Source: Asterias rubens (lineage: Eukaryota). Taken from it: 64,000 bases of DNA. The notes below the pieces were generated by a model, which was given only the letters and a program-made list of their open reading frames with translations, did not search any database and was not told where the DNA came from. Below, piece after piece: positions 1 to 13,040 of the stretch (within the stretch, counting starts at the first letter, position 1; each line of letters begins with the position of its first letter). The position numbers and the translations under genes were made by a program. The stretch spans positions 992,001 through 1,056,000 of the forward strand of contig NC_047062.1 in NCBI RefSeq assembly GCF_902459465.1, in the 5' to 3' direction.

Positions 1-32
1 TTGGATACCTACGTCATCATCTTTAATTGCAG

Positions 33-142
33 GCGGCTTCACTCTCCCAAAGATTCACGCGCGTGCCAACAGTTATCAAGCGTCTCAAATATCAAATGAC
101 ACGCGATAAAACAAAGCAGAGAAAAACTGGGCCAAACAACCC
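33..142 (+). CDS. Candidate internal coding exon of a gene entering from the left edge (AASLSQRFTRVPTVIKRLKYQMTRDKTKQRKTGPNNP)
   Basis: Acceptor ctttaattgcag at 32, donor CCC|GTGAGT at 143; only the phase-0 frame is open and it ends in phase 2. Confidence 0.45.
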
Positions 143-388
143 GTGAGTGGATTACGCTTGACGACAAAGACAATAAATATGAAAAAGGCGACTGAGCAGT
201 CAAGTTAATTAGAGGCTGGATCTTGAGATGGAGTAAAGGGAAGACTTTAAGAGCTTCTTTCTCATCAAGACATCTGGGTGAGAAAGCGAGAGGAAGAGGG
301 AGAGAGGAGGAGGAGAAGTTTAGTTGTTTTTGTTATGATAGAGCAGGCAGATATTTGCATATCTTAAGACATTGTGCAATGGCATTAA

Positions 389-755
389 AGGCACTGGACA
401 CTGATGGTAGTTGCTTAAAATAATAGTTGGCATAAAAACGTTACTTTGTAACGAGCAAGGGAGAGATATACGAGCAAAACTGTAACATTGAAAGAAACGG
501 GTCCCTCTGAAGTAACGTGGTTTTTGAGAAAAAGTAATTTACCATTAAAATAATAACACAATTCAGTTGAAGCCTTTAGGCGTCTGAAATCACACAAATT
601 TGTTTAACATAGGTGTTTTTTTCTCTCGTAATTCTCTTGCAACTTTCGATAACCAATTGAGTCCACATTTTCACAGGTTTGTTACTGTATGCATATTATG
701 TTTAGATACACCAAGTGATAATACTGGTCTTTGACAATTAACGTAGCCAGTGCCT
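389..755 (-). mobile_element. MITE family A (TTAA TSD, Kolobok-like ends)
   Basis: TTAA-AGGCACTGGACAC...GTGCCT-TTAA, internal sequence shared with other copies. Confidence 0.85.
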
Positions 756-1205
756 TTAAACATGCTCATGATTTCAAAACAATGCTACCATTTTACACGA
801 AAAATAATGAGCATTGAATGATCTCTCAATGTTCGCACAAGATCTCAACATACAGCAGTCTTGCAAACTTTTGCCAACATGCGAGTTTGCATTGTGCATT
901 TGTAGCTGTATTTGATGTATACTTCTACCCATTTATTGATCATTTTTTATTTTCTATTTTCTTAGCTATTTCTATTTTCTTAACTATAATTACATGAGGT
1001 TGTATTTGATGTATTATTTTACCCGTTTATTGTTAATTTTCGTAGCCTTTTAATATGAATAGTGTGAGCCCCGTTCTTTATTCAAATGAATAAACCATTA
1101 ATACAATAATATATATTAAAATATTAGTCACTTCATGATAAAAGAAATACCTGATATAAATATTGTAACTGTAATGAGATATAAGTTATATTATCAGATT
1201 AATAA

Positions 1206-1665
1206 GATATTTTGAAGAAGTGTAATGTGTTAAAAGTACATGATTTTGAAGGATTCGGAGACATCTTAGGTTTCAAGACGAGAACTTGGGAGTTTCAATT
1301 CAAAGATTTCGCAGACAATTTATCACCTCACGTTAACAACTAAGGACAGTCTTATGGTCTAGACTATGAATAATGGTTTTTCACATTTTAGAGGATTTGT
1401 TTCTTCATCACCAGGATATTTAGAAACAAGGACAACAAGTGTAGTTCTTGAACTCTGGCTTTGAAGTTGGAGCCTCCATGAATCTCACGGGTGTTACATC
1501 AGGTGATTTACAGATGTCTTATATTACCTAAAGACAGACAAGGGTATAGTTGGCACAGTTGTGTCTCCTTGGTGCACGGTGTAGGGGATGAAGCAGATAT
1601 GGGCCTCTTAAATTGATGTTACATCTCAAGGGTTTTGCAGGACTCTACAGTCACTTCTTGGGGAT
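1206..1665 (+). mobile_element. Decayed Tx1/L1-like ORF1 relic
   Basis: DILKKCNVLKVHDFEGFGDILGFKTRTWEFQF followed by broken Cys/His knuckle-like stretches with stops; resemblance judged by eye. Confidence 0.3.
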
Positions 1666-2800
1666 GATTTGTACACCACCCCCCCCCCCCCCCCAAAAAA
1701 AAAAAACACTTTAAAAGCATTCCTCCCTCATTCACCTATTGCAAAAAGAAAAAAAAAAGAAAAACTAAAAGATTTGTCGTTTTCGTACTGACGGACTAGT
1801 CCGTAGAGGTTATGGCAAACCATGAACGCAAATCCTATGGATCAATGGCCATAGTGCACACATAAACACACGATGACCGGTTTATACAGCCAGACCATAC
1901 GACGACGACTAAGGCCTTTATACATAACTTTCATGGCCCCAGCCCAACACCATGATGGTACATACATAATAGCACCATAACCTGCCTTTGGTGACAGGAA
2001 GCTGAAACCTTACCGTTAATGACGCGTATACATCTCAGCAGCGTACTTTGTCAACGTACTTAATAGTTTATATGATACCTACTCAGTGCGTACATTTACA
2101 CACTAATGGTTGTCATTTTGAGTTTCAAAGTCATTGATAATGGCATCTTTTGGTTTACGTAAAATCAATGTCCGAATAATGCAAGTATTATGAAGTTTGA
2201 ACGGTATGTCGGTGCATCACATTGTATGGATATTGATAATTAAATAATTAAGTCTGAATCACGAAAGGAAGGAAAATAAACAGCATGAACATTAACCCAA
2301 CGATGTACTTAGTTTTTGCCTACGATATGGTCAGGTATTGCGGATTATACATTTCCATCCCACTGTCATACATTGGGTGTTTGTAAATAAATTCGCAAAA
2401 CGAAAATAAAAAATAAAGTTAAACACATAATCAAGCTTCGTTAGTTTGTAACCTGTGATTATTTTCTATCAGAACAATATTGCTTGAAGAGCACGCAAAG
2501 CAAACAAATTACCCTGTGATAGAGTAACAATTTTCCCTAAACTGCTTTATATTCGCTAGGGGATTCATATACCATTAAAACATCGATAAAAACCAACGGC
2601 ATCGAATTAACCATTGTGTTTCTAGCGGGGTTTTTTTAGGGAGAAATTACTTGCATTTGAGGATTTTTCTTCAAATGAAGTGTCTCTTCACTGCTTCGGG
2701 CTTTCATAGCCTTCTTCGATGAATTTACATATAAATTCAAGCACGGGTGAATGACTTTTTATGTTAATAATAAACCTCTTGATTTCTCATTGTATTTCAG

Positions 2801-2834
2801 ACGTATCCCCCTCATTGCTGTAATCGACTTTTAA
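2801..2834 (+). CDS. Candidate terminal coding exon (P)RIPLIAVIDF-stop
   Basis: Strong acceptor (cctcttgatttctcattgtatttcag); phase 2 is compatible with exon 33-142. Confidence 0.4.
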
Positions 2835-2879
2835 TTCTCAAGACAGCTCCAGGCACGCATTATTTTCATTTTGTTTTAG

Positions 2880-3083
2880 TTCCATAAAATCGGGGCAAGT
2901 CTCAGCGAATGCGAAAGATGTCAGAAGAAACTCGATCCAGAAAAGGAAGATGCGGCTGAAGAATTCATACACAGAGAAATGAAGGGCAGACAACAGGCGA
3001 CTTTTAGGTTTTTGTTTTCTTCTTCAGAACATATTGTTAACACGATTTGCTCACGAACTAAATTGGCACAGACCTGTTTGTAC
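2880..3083 (+). CDS. Alternative candidate 0-0 exon (FHKIGASLSECERCQKKLDPEKEDAAEEFIHREMKGRQQATFRFLFSSSEHIVNTICSRTKLAQTCLY)
   Basis: Acceptor tttcattttgttttag, donor TAC|GTAAGT, 204 nt open; could instead be 3-prime UTR. Confidence 0.3.
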
Positions 3084-3208
3084 GTAAGTTTTGTACTTGT
3101 ACCGACCATTTTGAAAAGCTGTCGTAGAAAAATTGCACCAGCAGTGTACAACAAATAACAAATAAAAATCCCCTTCCTTTAAAATACAAGTTAAGTTATA
3201 GACTACAT

Positions 3209-3290
3209 TTAAAGGCACTTGACACTATTGGTTATTACTCAAAATAACTATTATCATCACAACTTACTAGGTAAAGAGCCTTATAAAAGT
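3209..3290 (-). mobile_element. MITE family A end fragment
   Basis: ttaaaggcacttgacactattggttattactcaaaata. Confidence 0.7.
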
Positions 3291-5799
3291 ATAGACTCTA
3301 AAGAGTAGATTCGCGACCACAATGTACTCGTTCGGCGCGACATTAGCCACGAATCTACACTTGCTCGTCAATTCTCCTTTACGTAATTTTAAGGCGATTG
3401 TTATAAGCAGTTGGCTACTATTTCAAAACATTTCCTCAAAGCACTTTGTATAACCATCTCAGCTCTCATATGCGTAATCTATTCCCTCCCATGCCCCATT
3501 TCTGAGAAGTAAAATAAACATCCTAATAAAAGAGGAATGGGGAGAATCAAATAAAATGAAACCTCTGTTTGTTGTTTGATGATTGCATAAACGACCTACA
3601 AAACGTAATTAAGAGTCCACAATACAAAACAACATCAAGAAGTTGTTTGTTTTGCGGTCATCAATTTAGTTCGCAGACCATTGACTAGAAAATGTTCAAC
3701 AAAAGCAGCACAATATGACAAACCTGTGATATCAAGTTTCTCATAATTATACGGGTAAGAACAAAAACGCAATGGCTGTATACTGCTGCAGCCCACGAAA
3801 TGACGTGGATATTCAACCCACGCCCGTCAATAAAGGCTAATAGAGTGTGACGTCATAGGTGAAAAGTTTTAATGGGTTGTCAGGAGCCAACAAACAACAG
3901 GTACGGCAAGAAATAGCTTGAACTACGAAAAAACGACTTCAAGACCAATGGTACTTGGTGAAGTTGAATAATACATCAAGGGCTCTGTTGTTTGCTATAA
4001 GTGTTATATTTGATGGCCTCTTAATAGTTACCAACGCAGGCCAAGCTTACAGAGGCGGGAGCCAGTCAAGGTCCGTTTGTCCAAGCAGACTGTACAAATA
4101 GAACACATCTCCTACTGAAGTTGGTTTTATTTTATTAACGTCATCTTTAATGAGAGTAAACTCCTTTATCAGCGCCCAGCATTGCTTTCCATGTAGGCCC
4201 TCATTAGTAAAAACATAAATTACATAATTATAACAACAGCAAAAATGTTTAAAAAGGAAACACCTTGTTCCCCTTGGATTTAGATGAGTGCCTGATAAGC
4301 AACGTATATGCTTACGACTCTATAGTCATGTCATTTTAACACGACCATTTGGGATTTTGGGATCAACTTACATAATCATTTCTCTGGTCCACCCCCAGAG
4401 ACCAACGGATTCTTTTCAGAGCCAACAATCCCTCAAAAGAGATTTACACATTGTTGTACCCGCAAGTATATTCATATTTATATTTTATCTTATTATCCAC
4501 ACCATGCAAAGCTTCTAGCACCATTTACTGGTCCACCCTGAACCGCGCTAGGAAAACAGCCCCGGTACGCTAATTTCAAAATGGTTCCAAAATGTTTCCA
4601 AATAGTCGACAAGTGTAGTCCGACCATCACTGACTAGACGACTCTCAGAGTAATGGTTGAGTTGGTCGAACTATGGTCAACGGTAGCTTTTATTGGCACG
4701 CCATTGGGCAGACTTGATAGATTACGTAACACTAATAATAACAAAAACTTAACAAACCAAAATAATAACAATAATATTGACCTCCCCCCTCTGTTTCCCA
4801 CCATTGATACTGTCCTTTGTGTTTCCATCTTCTTTTGGTCAAACCAGCCCCTTTCCAACACCTTTTGTCTCCCAATTCATTGTTTCTCCTGCTGTTTTCT
4901 GTATGCTCTAACTCCATTCATAAACTTCCATTTCCTGCCTATTTTGCACTTAGTTACCTGTTCATGTTTGTTGTGTTTGCAATAACAAAAGCTGTTACAC
5001 TGTATACAGGCCAAATATTCACAACCCATGCACTGATACTGTTTTGACGTCGAAAGAACACGAAAAAGGACAAAGAGCTTGACAAAAAACTTGTGGTTTT
5101 GTCATAGAGCATAAAATCGAAACCACCAAAAACCGTCAACTTACATTGAACATTTGACTGTCCCATTAATCAGCCGATGTATTTAACAGCGACACACATT
5201 TCGCACTATTCAGTTCTCAAAAAGTGTAATCATCTTGAACTCCCGTGTGACCTAAATAATTATGATTTATTTTTTAATAAACGTTAACGAACGAACTGAA
5301 AATCTAATAAGAGTAGGGCAAGAACGACTCCTCAAGTCTGCATTTGACACGTTTCCACACTAAAGCTCAACGCGTTCCAATAAACATTTGCAACTCGCGG
5401 AGAAAGTGTGGCTCAATTAATAAAAATCCCCTTTGATTTGCTACAATTCCTATAGTGCCATGTTATGCCAGGTGTGGAAACTAAGTGTTTGTTCTGTTTA
5501 GTTAGAGACAGATGTGTTCTTAAAACTGTTAAAATATAACAAGGAATGACAACCTCCGCTATAATATCAGCAGTAAATAGAGATGTTTAAAGAAGGAGAA
5601 AAAAAAATCAATTTAGAGAGAAGTCTTCTGACGTCTTCTTGAAGATGTGAGTTTATTCACTTTATAGCAGGTACTTATTTTTCCCGTGGATTTTAAAGAT
5701 CTAGTAATTACCTATTATATTTTTGTCTTAATTTTGTTTTCATGATTGCCTCGAGGGGGGATATAAGAGCCTGAACAAAGTTTCCCAGCTGGACCTTAT

Positions 5800-5813
5800 G
5801 TTTCCATGGCAAC
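5800..5813. promoter_or_regulatory. RFX X-box
   Basis: GTTTCCATGGCAAC matches the X-box consensus GTTNCCATGGNAAC exactly. Confidence 0.55.
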
Positions 5814-7139
5814 TGTCTACTTTCGACAGCTTCAAGTGAAAACGGTTATTATGACCAAACGTGTGTTTTGACTGACTCTTTTTTAAAGGCTGGCTAAGTC
5901 TTAAGCTGACAACACAAGGGTGATTATATAATTTTGAACCAAACTGTGCATTGTTATATTTGTGTATAACAACAACAACATTGTAAGAGTTATACATTTT
6001 GTAAAGATTAAAATTTTATATATCAATATTTCAGGTAAACAATGATATAGCTATAATTATTGCTGGATCAAAAACTGTTATTTATTTATTTAGTTTTTTT
6101 ACCATGAAAGGGTATAATAACAAATCAGCGTGACTATTTGATCAGTTTCCCCCATTCATCAGTCATAAGAAGGTTTATTTTGTGCATGGGGATGGAAAAA
6201 CATGTAGGGTGTAATTCTAGCAACAGAAACAGTTGAAGTAATGCATATTTTTTAGTTATAAATAACTATTTTGGTGCTTATACGCCATTTGTTGTGGAGA
6301 CATAAAAGAACGTAGCCTGTACTATTTTTTCCTACAAAATACTTCGTTTAGTATTACGGTAAAGATGGGCGTCAACGAGTCCAATTAAATTTGTTGGACC
6401 CACTTATTTTCCAAATGAAAATGAGTGGGTTATAAGAAGGCTTCTCTCTCTATCCCCATGCTAAAACATGTTAAAACATTGTAAAACGCCACAGTGTTTC
6501 ATGTCTCCCAAGTGCAGTTATGTAAACATCAAAAACCATGCGATGACGTCACATTAGCATTACAACGGTCAGAGTACTACAGCCGCATTCCCGGTAAAGT
6601 AAAGTTGGGCTTATGGCTTATCCTTAATTGGCACTCTATACCTAGGTTGTACAAGATCAGATTATTTATTTAAATTCTTTACTTAATTATTTCATACATT
6701 TAAAACAAAACAAAAATAATAATACATTTTGGCGTGTATACTAAAATTGCTTTTGTTTGTCGATGAGACTCCCCTCTGACGGGTAGCTTGCACACGCTAC
6801 AAGATAAAACATGGTAGGCCACGAGGAGAGTGAGTGCGGCTACGACTCTAGCTGATTAGTGGAATGGCTTCTGACTGACACGATACACAATAAGACCGTA
6901 ACCACAGGCCTAGTTAGCACTGGGTAAACCGCAGCACAAATCCGGATTTCTTAGATTGAAATCCCAATCAAGTAATTGAAGAAGAATGAACATTACAATT
7001 TCTGGCCCTAGTTATTGACATAACAACTCAGATGTGGATTTAGCTCTATACACACACAAGAATATTTTGTCTAGTTAAAACGTTGTTTTAAATTACAACT
7101 CAAAAGAGTAAATCTTGGATTTTGCACTTTTTGTGTATC

Positions 7140-7297
7140 AAGTATGTGTATACTCATTGCAAAGGTCGTTGGTTCACATCCCACCTGAGTAACTTGCCTG
7201 TGGATTTTGTCACAGAACTTGGGAAAGTAATGCTTTATACATATCGGTAAAAGGAAACACATCAGTTAATATTCGTTATCCCCGATTCAAAATTAAC
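7140..7297 (+). mobile_element. tRNA-derived SINE family 1 (also about 15108-15388 minus, 51640-51770, 54295-54479, fragment 22196-22232)
   Basis: B-box-like ggtcgt(t/g)ggttc(a/g)aatccc head and shared tail tatccccgat(g/t)caaa(t/a)ttaacat. Confidence 0.7.
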
Positions 7298-10117
7298 ATA
7301 ACACTATAAAGGTCCAAAGGGCATGCTCAAATATTGTACCAAATGCTTTCCTTTTATGGTTTTATACGCCGTGCTGGAACACCCTCGCAGATTTAAACTG
7401 GATCAATGTCCGTGCGGTCCATTTTCAAATTTCAGTTATTCTCCACAATCTCACCTTGTCAGGCGGAACTATGCAAGGCGTTATTATCTCTCATACAAAA
7501 AGAGATTCTACTGACAGTTTTTACTCATACACAATGTTAGGTTTTTACATTTATTGAAAGTCATAATAATGTCAACATCACATCATAAATCAATTTTTGT
7601 TCGTTTGGAAGAATCAAAACATCAGAACTTTCGTCATCCCGATCATTCTCTTTCCCCAATCTCCTTTTGAAATACCACATGTTACCCGGAAGGCATTGTC
7701 ATAAGACGTCCCCCCCCCTCAAACTAAGAAGATGACGAACGAGAATATGTCAACCCAAACACTCCAAGCCTCTGGTCCTTTGTCAAGTTCCCCGTCTCGT
7801 CAATATGAGAAGATCACACACTCGGGATTTGCATGCTTGGTTTAAAGAAAACATGACAGAAGTCGGAAACTCTTTTTTAATTTATCCCCAAGATTACCGC
7901 CATCAATTTTCCTGTGTGAATTCCTGTCGCAAATTTGCTAACCGCCTAGCCAATGACAGTTCGTACAATATGGATGTCTTTGCGCCCAGCAAAGCGGCTC
8001 ATACAATACCCTGATTAATTTTGCTTACCCCCTGCGCCCCCCTCCTTTTCAAGTTGTCCTCTTTTCGATTAATCTTGCTGATCCCTTTACATCTCTATTC
8101 CTCTCACAATTTCCTTCCTCTTTTTGCTTGTGAATCCAAGGGGTTGAGATTGCCATGCCAAAGAATCAATAAAAACAATATTGATGACTTCATTCCTAGT
8201 GGTGTAGTCCGTAAATCATATTTATTAATTTGTGTATAGCTTAGCTGTCAAGTTTTATGCTGTGTTCACATCACAGATGCTCTCACAGAAATCTATAGCT
8301 ACATATTATTTGTGTAAAATAGGATTGAGTTTTCCCTTAGTGATTCGGACACCTGTTCACTAACATAATCCCCCCACCCAGGACCCGAAATGAAATGTCT
8401 GTTCTTTCTTTATAGTGCACACCAATTATTTATTTTCCTGACGTTTAGTTCCTTGCAGAGTCTTTCTCGGAGGCTAGAAAGACAACAGTATAAACCTTAT
8501 ACCCATTTATGTTTGTATAGTGATGTCGATTTGCCTTCGAGAAACACTCTGCAGGGTCCAAACGACACGCCACAAACTACTTTTTTGTTTCTTTTATACC
8601 ACAGGTCCTATTGCTTGGTACTCAGTTTTTAACAGCTAATCCTTTTTTATGGTAATAATACATCATTGGTTTGGGGAAGAGTCTCTCCGATTCCAGTTTT
8701 AATTGTTTCATAATGTCCAGTTTTCGCGAAAACAACGAATTTTGTTTGATGTGTTATTTGGGATTATGTGCACGTTCATGTACGTGCCTTTAGGTTCAAC
8801 GAGACAACAAAAATAATCAATTGACATTTTTTGTAGTCTTCAGATATCATCTTGACTCTGACAGCATTTTCTGAGAGATATTTTCTTAAAAAAAAAAAAA
8901 TAATAATAATAATCTGTTTTCATAATTTAATAATAAAGTAATATGCTTCCTTATTACAAGAAAAACAATTTTTACTCGTTCGTGTGTTTTTCCAATTGAA
9001 TTACAGTAGATAAAACAAACGATTAAAACACACAGGAAATGGATGCAGGCATGTAGCGATATCCAAGAATTAGACGATAATATTACATGAGAATGACAGA
9101 AAACAAACATGACGATACCATGGTACCGTGTCAGTTCAATGACTTTTTCAAAAATAAGAGGGATGTACCTTTAACATCGGATCAAGTCGGGTCCATTACT
9201 TTCTTGTTTTTAAAGAACGCTTCACTTTGAAATCCTCCAGGCAAAAAGACACTGTACTTTATTCCACAAGACTGTAATATCATTTTTACAAGAAAGTGTG
9301 AAAATCCGTACCCACTCTCAAATGACTATGTATAGTATGTGATACTAATGCAGCAGCATGTATGCAGACTTTTCTCATGGGGGTCTAAGTGACAATTCAG
9401 AAGTTGCCCCAAACCCTTTGCTATAACACTACTGTCACTTGTGACCAAGCAAGCTTTTCTACTCAACACTACTCAAATTTTCATTTGGAAATTTTTGATA
9501 TTTTTTGCTATTTTTGATTCCTTTGCCTCATGATTTTAGAGTCTGAGGCATAGGAATATTCTTATTCTCTACGATGTGCCCCCAAAAGAGCCAGATTTCG
9601 ATTTCAGAGGTCCCAGGGCCTTGATGAGCTGAGATTACTCTAAGGCTATGCTCAATAGCTTAAGAAGCTGGATTTAAAAATTAAAGGACTCGGGCACACG
9701 TGTTTCTCTCTAACCAAAATTTATAGTTTTGTTTTAGTTTTTATTTTAAATAATAACAATGATAAACTATTCTTATAAAGCGCATATCGCCGTGATGTCC
9801 GTATGCGTTGTAAAATGTAAAAATTGAAAAATATTGATCTAGAAACATGGACTCAACATAAATATATGGGTGATCAAGATTTGATGGTTGAATTTGAAGA
9901 AAACAATCTCAATGGTTTGTCAAAATGCGTTTCCTGAGAGCAAAATATGTTGATGGATTTAGGGGAAACAAAATTAAAAACAATGTTTACCGTCCCTAAA
10001 ACTGACCTAACCCTAGTAGGGTTCGGTTTGTGGGCTCCTGTTGTTGTGTGTTCTGTTTTTCCCTTATTATTCTGAAGAATTATCCTAATGGGTCCAGGTA
10101 AAACATAGAATGCCTAC

Positions 10118-10480
10118 GTGGGGTTCATCGTTCCATTGTGCAAAGGACCCCACAAGGGCGCTCCTATAAACCACACACATACAAACAAAAACATCACACA
10201 ATTTAGCAAACGAACACCCCAACACCCAACAAGCAAACAATCAAACAAACAACAGTTCATACATTACACTCCTAGCTAATTATCAGACTGTAAATCTTAC
10301 ACAGTCTGTTAGAATAACTCCCATGTGGGTTCCTTCGTTCCATTGTGTTAAGGGACCCCAAAAGGGCACTCCCGTGAGCCATACCTCACACACAACACAA
10401 CATCCAAACAAACACTCAAACAAACAAACAAACATGTCATACATTACGCTCCCTATTAGGTCTGACTGTGTAACCTAAAC
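10118..10480. repeat. Two diverged ~205-bp tandem units with a conserved stem-loop core
   Basis: Cores gtggggttcatcgttccattgtgcaaaggaccccacaagggcgctcc and gtgggttccttcgttccattgtgttaagggaccccaaaagggcactcc. Confidence 0.8.
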
Positions 10481-10781
10481 ACTTTGACTGAAGTTACATC
10501 TCACAAAAGTCGACACCATCCCTTTATATAGAAAGAGCATTGCTTAAGGGAAGATAAGTCCTGGTTCTTCGGTTTATCCTCAAAATAATCCATCACTTAA
10601 AAAGAAACTCACTATAATTCCCCAATTGAACATAATCCTCTACTAACCCCCTGTTTGATACGATGACGTTTCATATTTTCTTTTCAATAATTGAAGTAAC
10701 ATATATTTTTATGATGGCATGCTAACACATATGGTCGGGGTGCAGGTGTCTTAATACTTCATCCCAGTTGAAAGCAATTAA

Positions 10782-11045
10782 AAATGGACCACTTGGCAAT
10801 TGTCAAATACCAGTATTTTCACTTGGTGTAACAAAACATATGCATAAATAATGGCAAATCTGTGAAAATTAACCAAGTTGGTATTCGAAGTTGCAAAAGA
10901 AAATTGACAGAAAAAGGGCCCTTGTTGCACTAGTGTGTGTCTAAGAAATTACCTCTGTCTCAAAAACTATTTTACTTCAGAGGGCGCCGTTTCTCAAAAT
11001 TTTTTAAACTATCAGATGCTCTCCATTGCTCGTTACGAATTATAA
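10782..11045 (+). mobile_element. MITE family A, degraded and internally deleted
   Basis: ggcaattgtcaaataccagtattttcacttggtg...ttacttcagagggcgccgtttctc. Confidence 0.75.
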
Positions 11046-11091
11046 GAAACGCTTGTATGAATTTATCGGACTTGACAGCAAAGGTTGTTTT

Positions 11092-11264
11092 TTATTGGAT
11101 ATCGGACATTCACAAATAGTTTTTACAGGGAACATCAATGTTGCTTTTGGATGTACAAGGTAGACATTGAACGTACAAATCTACGTGAATGTCCGATGTC
11201 CGATAACGAAAAAGCAACATTGATTTCGCTGTACAAACCTATGTGAATGTCCTAAATCCAATAA
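11092..11264. repeat. Foldback / MITE core with ~55-bp inverted arms
   Basis: ttattggatatcggacattcac...caatgttgcttt versus aaagcaacattg...gtgaatgtcctaaatccaataa. Confidence 0.8.
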
Positions 11265-11416
11265 CAAAACTAACGATACACTGTCATTCATCGGACAGCA
11301 ACAATTGGGGTTTTATACAGTCCAAATGGGACTCTGGAATTCAGTGCCGTTTTAATTTTGTATAATCAGTCCACGATTGAACTGAAAATTATATGCACAA
11401 AATAAATCAGAGATCA

Positions 11417-11595
11417 GGTTGGTTCAGGGGTTTCTCCTTGTCTTTCACCTCTGTGGACCCAGATTCGAATCCCACCCAAGACCAAAAAGCTTGTGTGTGG
11501 ATTTGGTTTTTAGTCCCCTTGTGATGGCGTGGGTCCCCCGTAAACGACTGGCAAGTTCGTCCCTTATCCCTAAACCACGCCCAATCCTTACACAT
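11417..11595 (+). mobile_element. tRNA-derived SINE family 2
   Basis: A-box-like tggttcaggggtt and B-box gattcgaatccc followed by a non-tRNA body. Confidence 0.6.
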
Positions 11596-12770
11596 CAATT
11601 AGTTTTATATTAGTAAGTATTTATAAAAAGTAAAAAAAAACAATTTGCTTGCGGCACAATAACAAGTATAATTTATTGCAAAATAAATATTGGGTCACCT
11701 CCCAACTCTCCTAGCCAACAAGTTAACATAGTGCCACCCGATCAGAAGCAAACACCTATTGGGTTATAGTTCTCAATCACTTCGTTCAATATAAGGATTA
11801 CATCAACAAGTCAGGTCGTTGCGAGTGTTTAATCACTGCCTGGGCCGTCTCTCTGAGATCGGGCCATTCCGACAGTGACGGACGATCTCTTTACCTCTTC
11901 ACTCGATCCTGCACCAATCCACGATAGCTTCAAGTGAATTATTTGCATTACGTTCATCATAGCTCTAGATAACACTTCAAGCTCCCTGGCTATTATTAAC
12001 CGGGGGTTTAAATGAAAAGCGAAAAATCAGGGGCGGACAATGGATAGAAAGCCGGGAAGACTAATGAGCTTGCACCTGGCCATGAATTAAAGGAACTTGC
12101 CGGCGGGATGTGTTGATGGTCCCACTTGTGGATATGCTCAGCAGGTGCCGTGCTTTCAGATACACTGTAGAGGGTTCTTAAGATGGGAACCGAGGGCCGA
12201 AAGACTTCAACTGACTCGTTTGAGAATGTCAGAGAGGGAAACTAAACGAAAGAGGGCTCGTTGTCGTTACAAAATAAAACTTCTGATTTGTCATTCTGAG
12301 TAGAACACGTTAAAACAATTACGAGTATAGATAGACTGCCGTATAACTAATAGAAACAGAACAAATTGAATTACGGCTGTGAAATACTCAGACAGAGGAT
12401 TGAAATGGTAAAGTCATTTCATGAGAGAACTGGTACACAGTAGATTGTCAGAGCAATTTCACAGAACATGATACCAAAAGACAAACATAATTCAGTCCTG
12501 TGACGTTTATCCGTACTTAGAAAAAGATAAAGCTGATTGTAAGTTACACTTTCTAATAAAAATACACGACGTTTTGTCCGTAATTACTTAACATAAGTTC
12601 ATCTATTGGAAAGACACTGAAAACACACAATGCACGATTATACAGACAATTCTGACATTGTCCTTTCATTTTCTTTTTGACAATCACATTGCAGTTTTAG
12701 TCAGTCAATAGGTTAGGGTATACAAGCCAAGGCTTCACCCAATCCCAAGTTTTGTGTTCGTGACACCAGG

Positions 12771-13040
12771 GCCGGATTGTATGGCCCTGCTTACCGCCGA
12801 ATTTTGAGCTTACGATCCGCGATTCCCCGCTTATACGTGCAAGCGCCAAGTTTCTGCGCTAGCCTTGTAATCGTAGAATGCATTAACGTAGAGTACGCAC
12901 GCGCAGAAGCCAGAATTCGCCGCTAAGTGGGTTACGCTTGGCGTAAGCACAGAATTCCCTACTTCCGTAAGCACCGATTCTGTGCTTATGGTAAGCACCG
13001 ATTCTGTGCTTACGGTAAGCATAGCCATGCAATTGGGCTC
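12771..13040. mobile_element. MITE family D (ggcccaatttcatggctctgcttaccg-type TIR); relatives at about 21259-21375 and 26095
   Basis: Imperfect TIRs ggccggattgtatggccctgcttaccg / cggtaagcatagccatgcaattgggct. Confidence 0.75.

Noticed and set aside
11840-12303. GC-richer block with GC box, possible minus-strand first exon and donor GAG|GTAAAG
   Set aside because: No consistent reading frame or downstream partner exon could be established.
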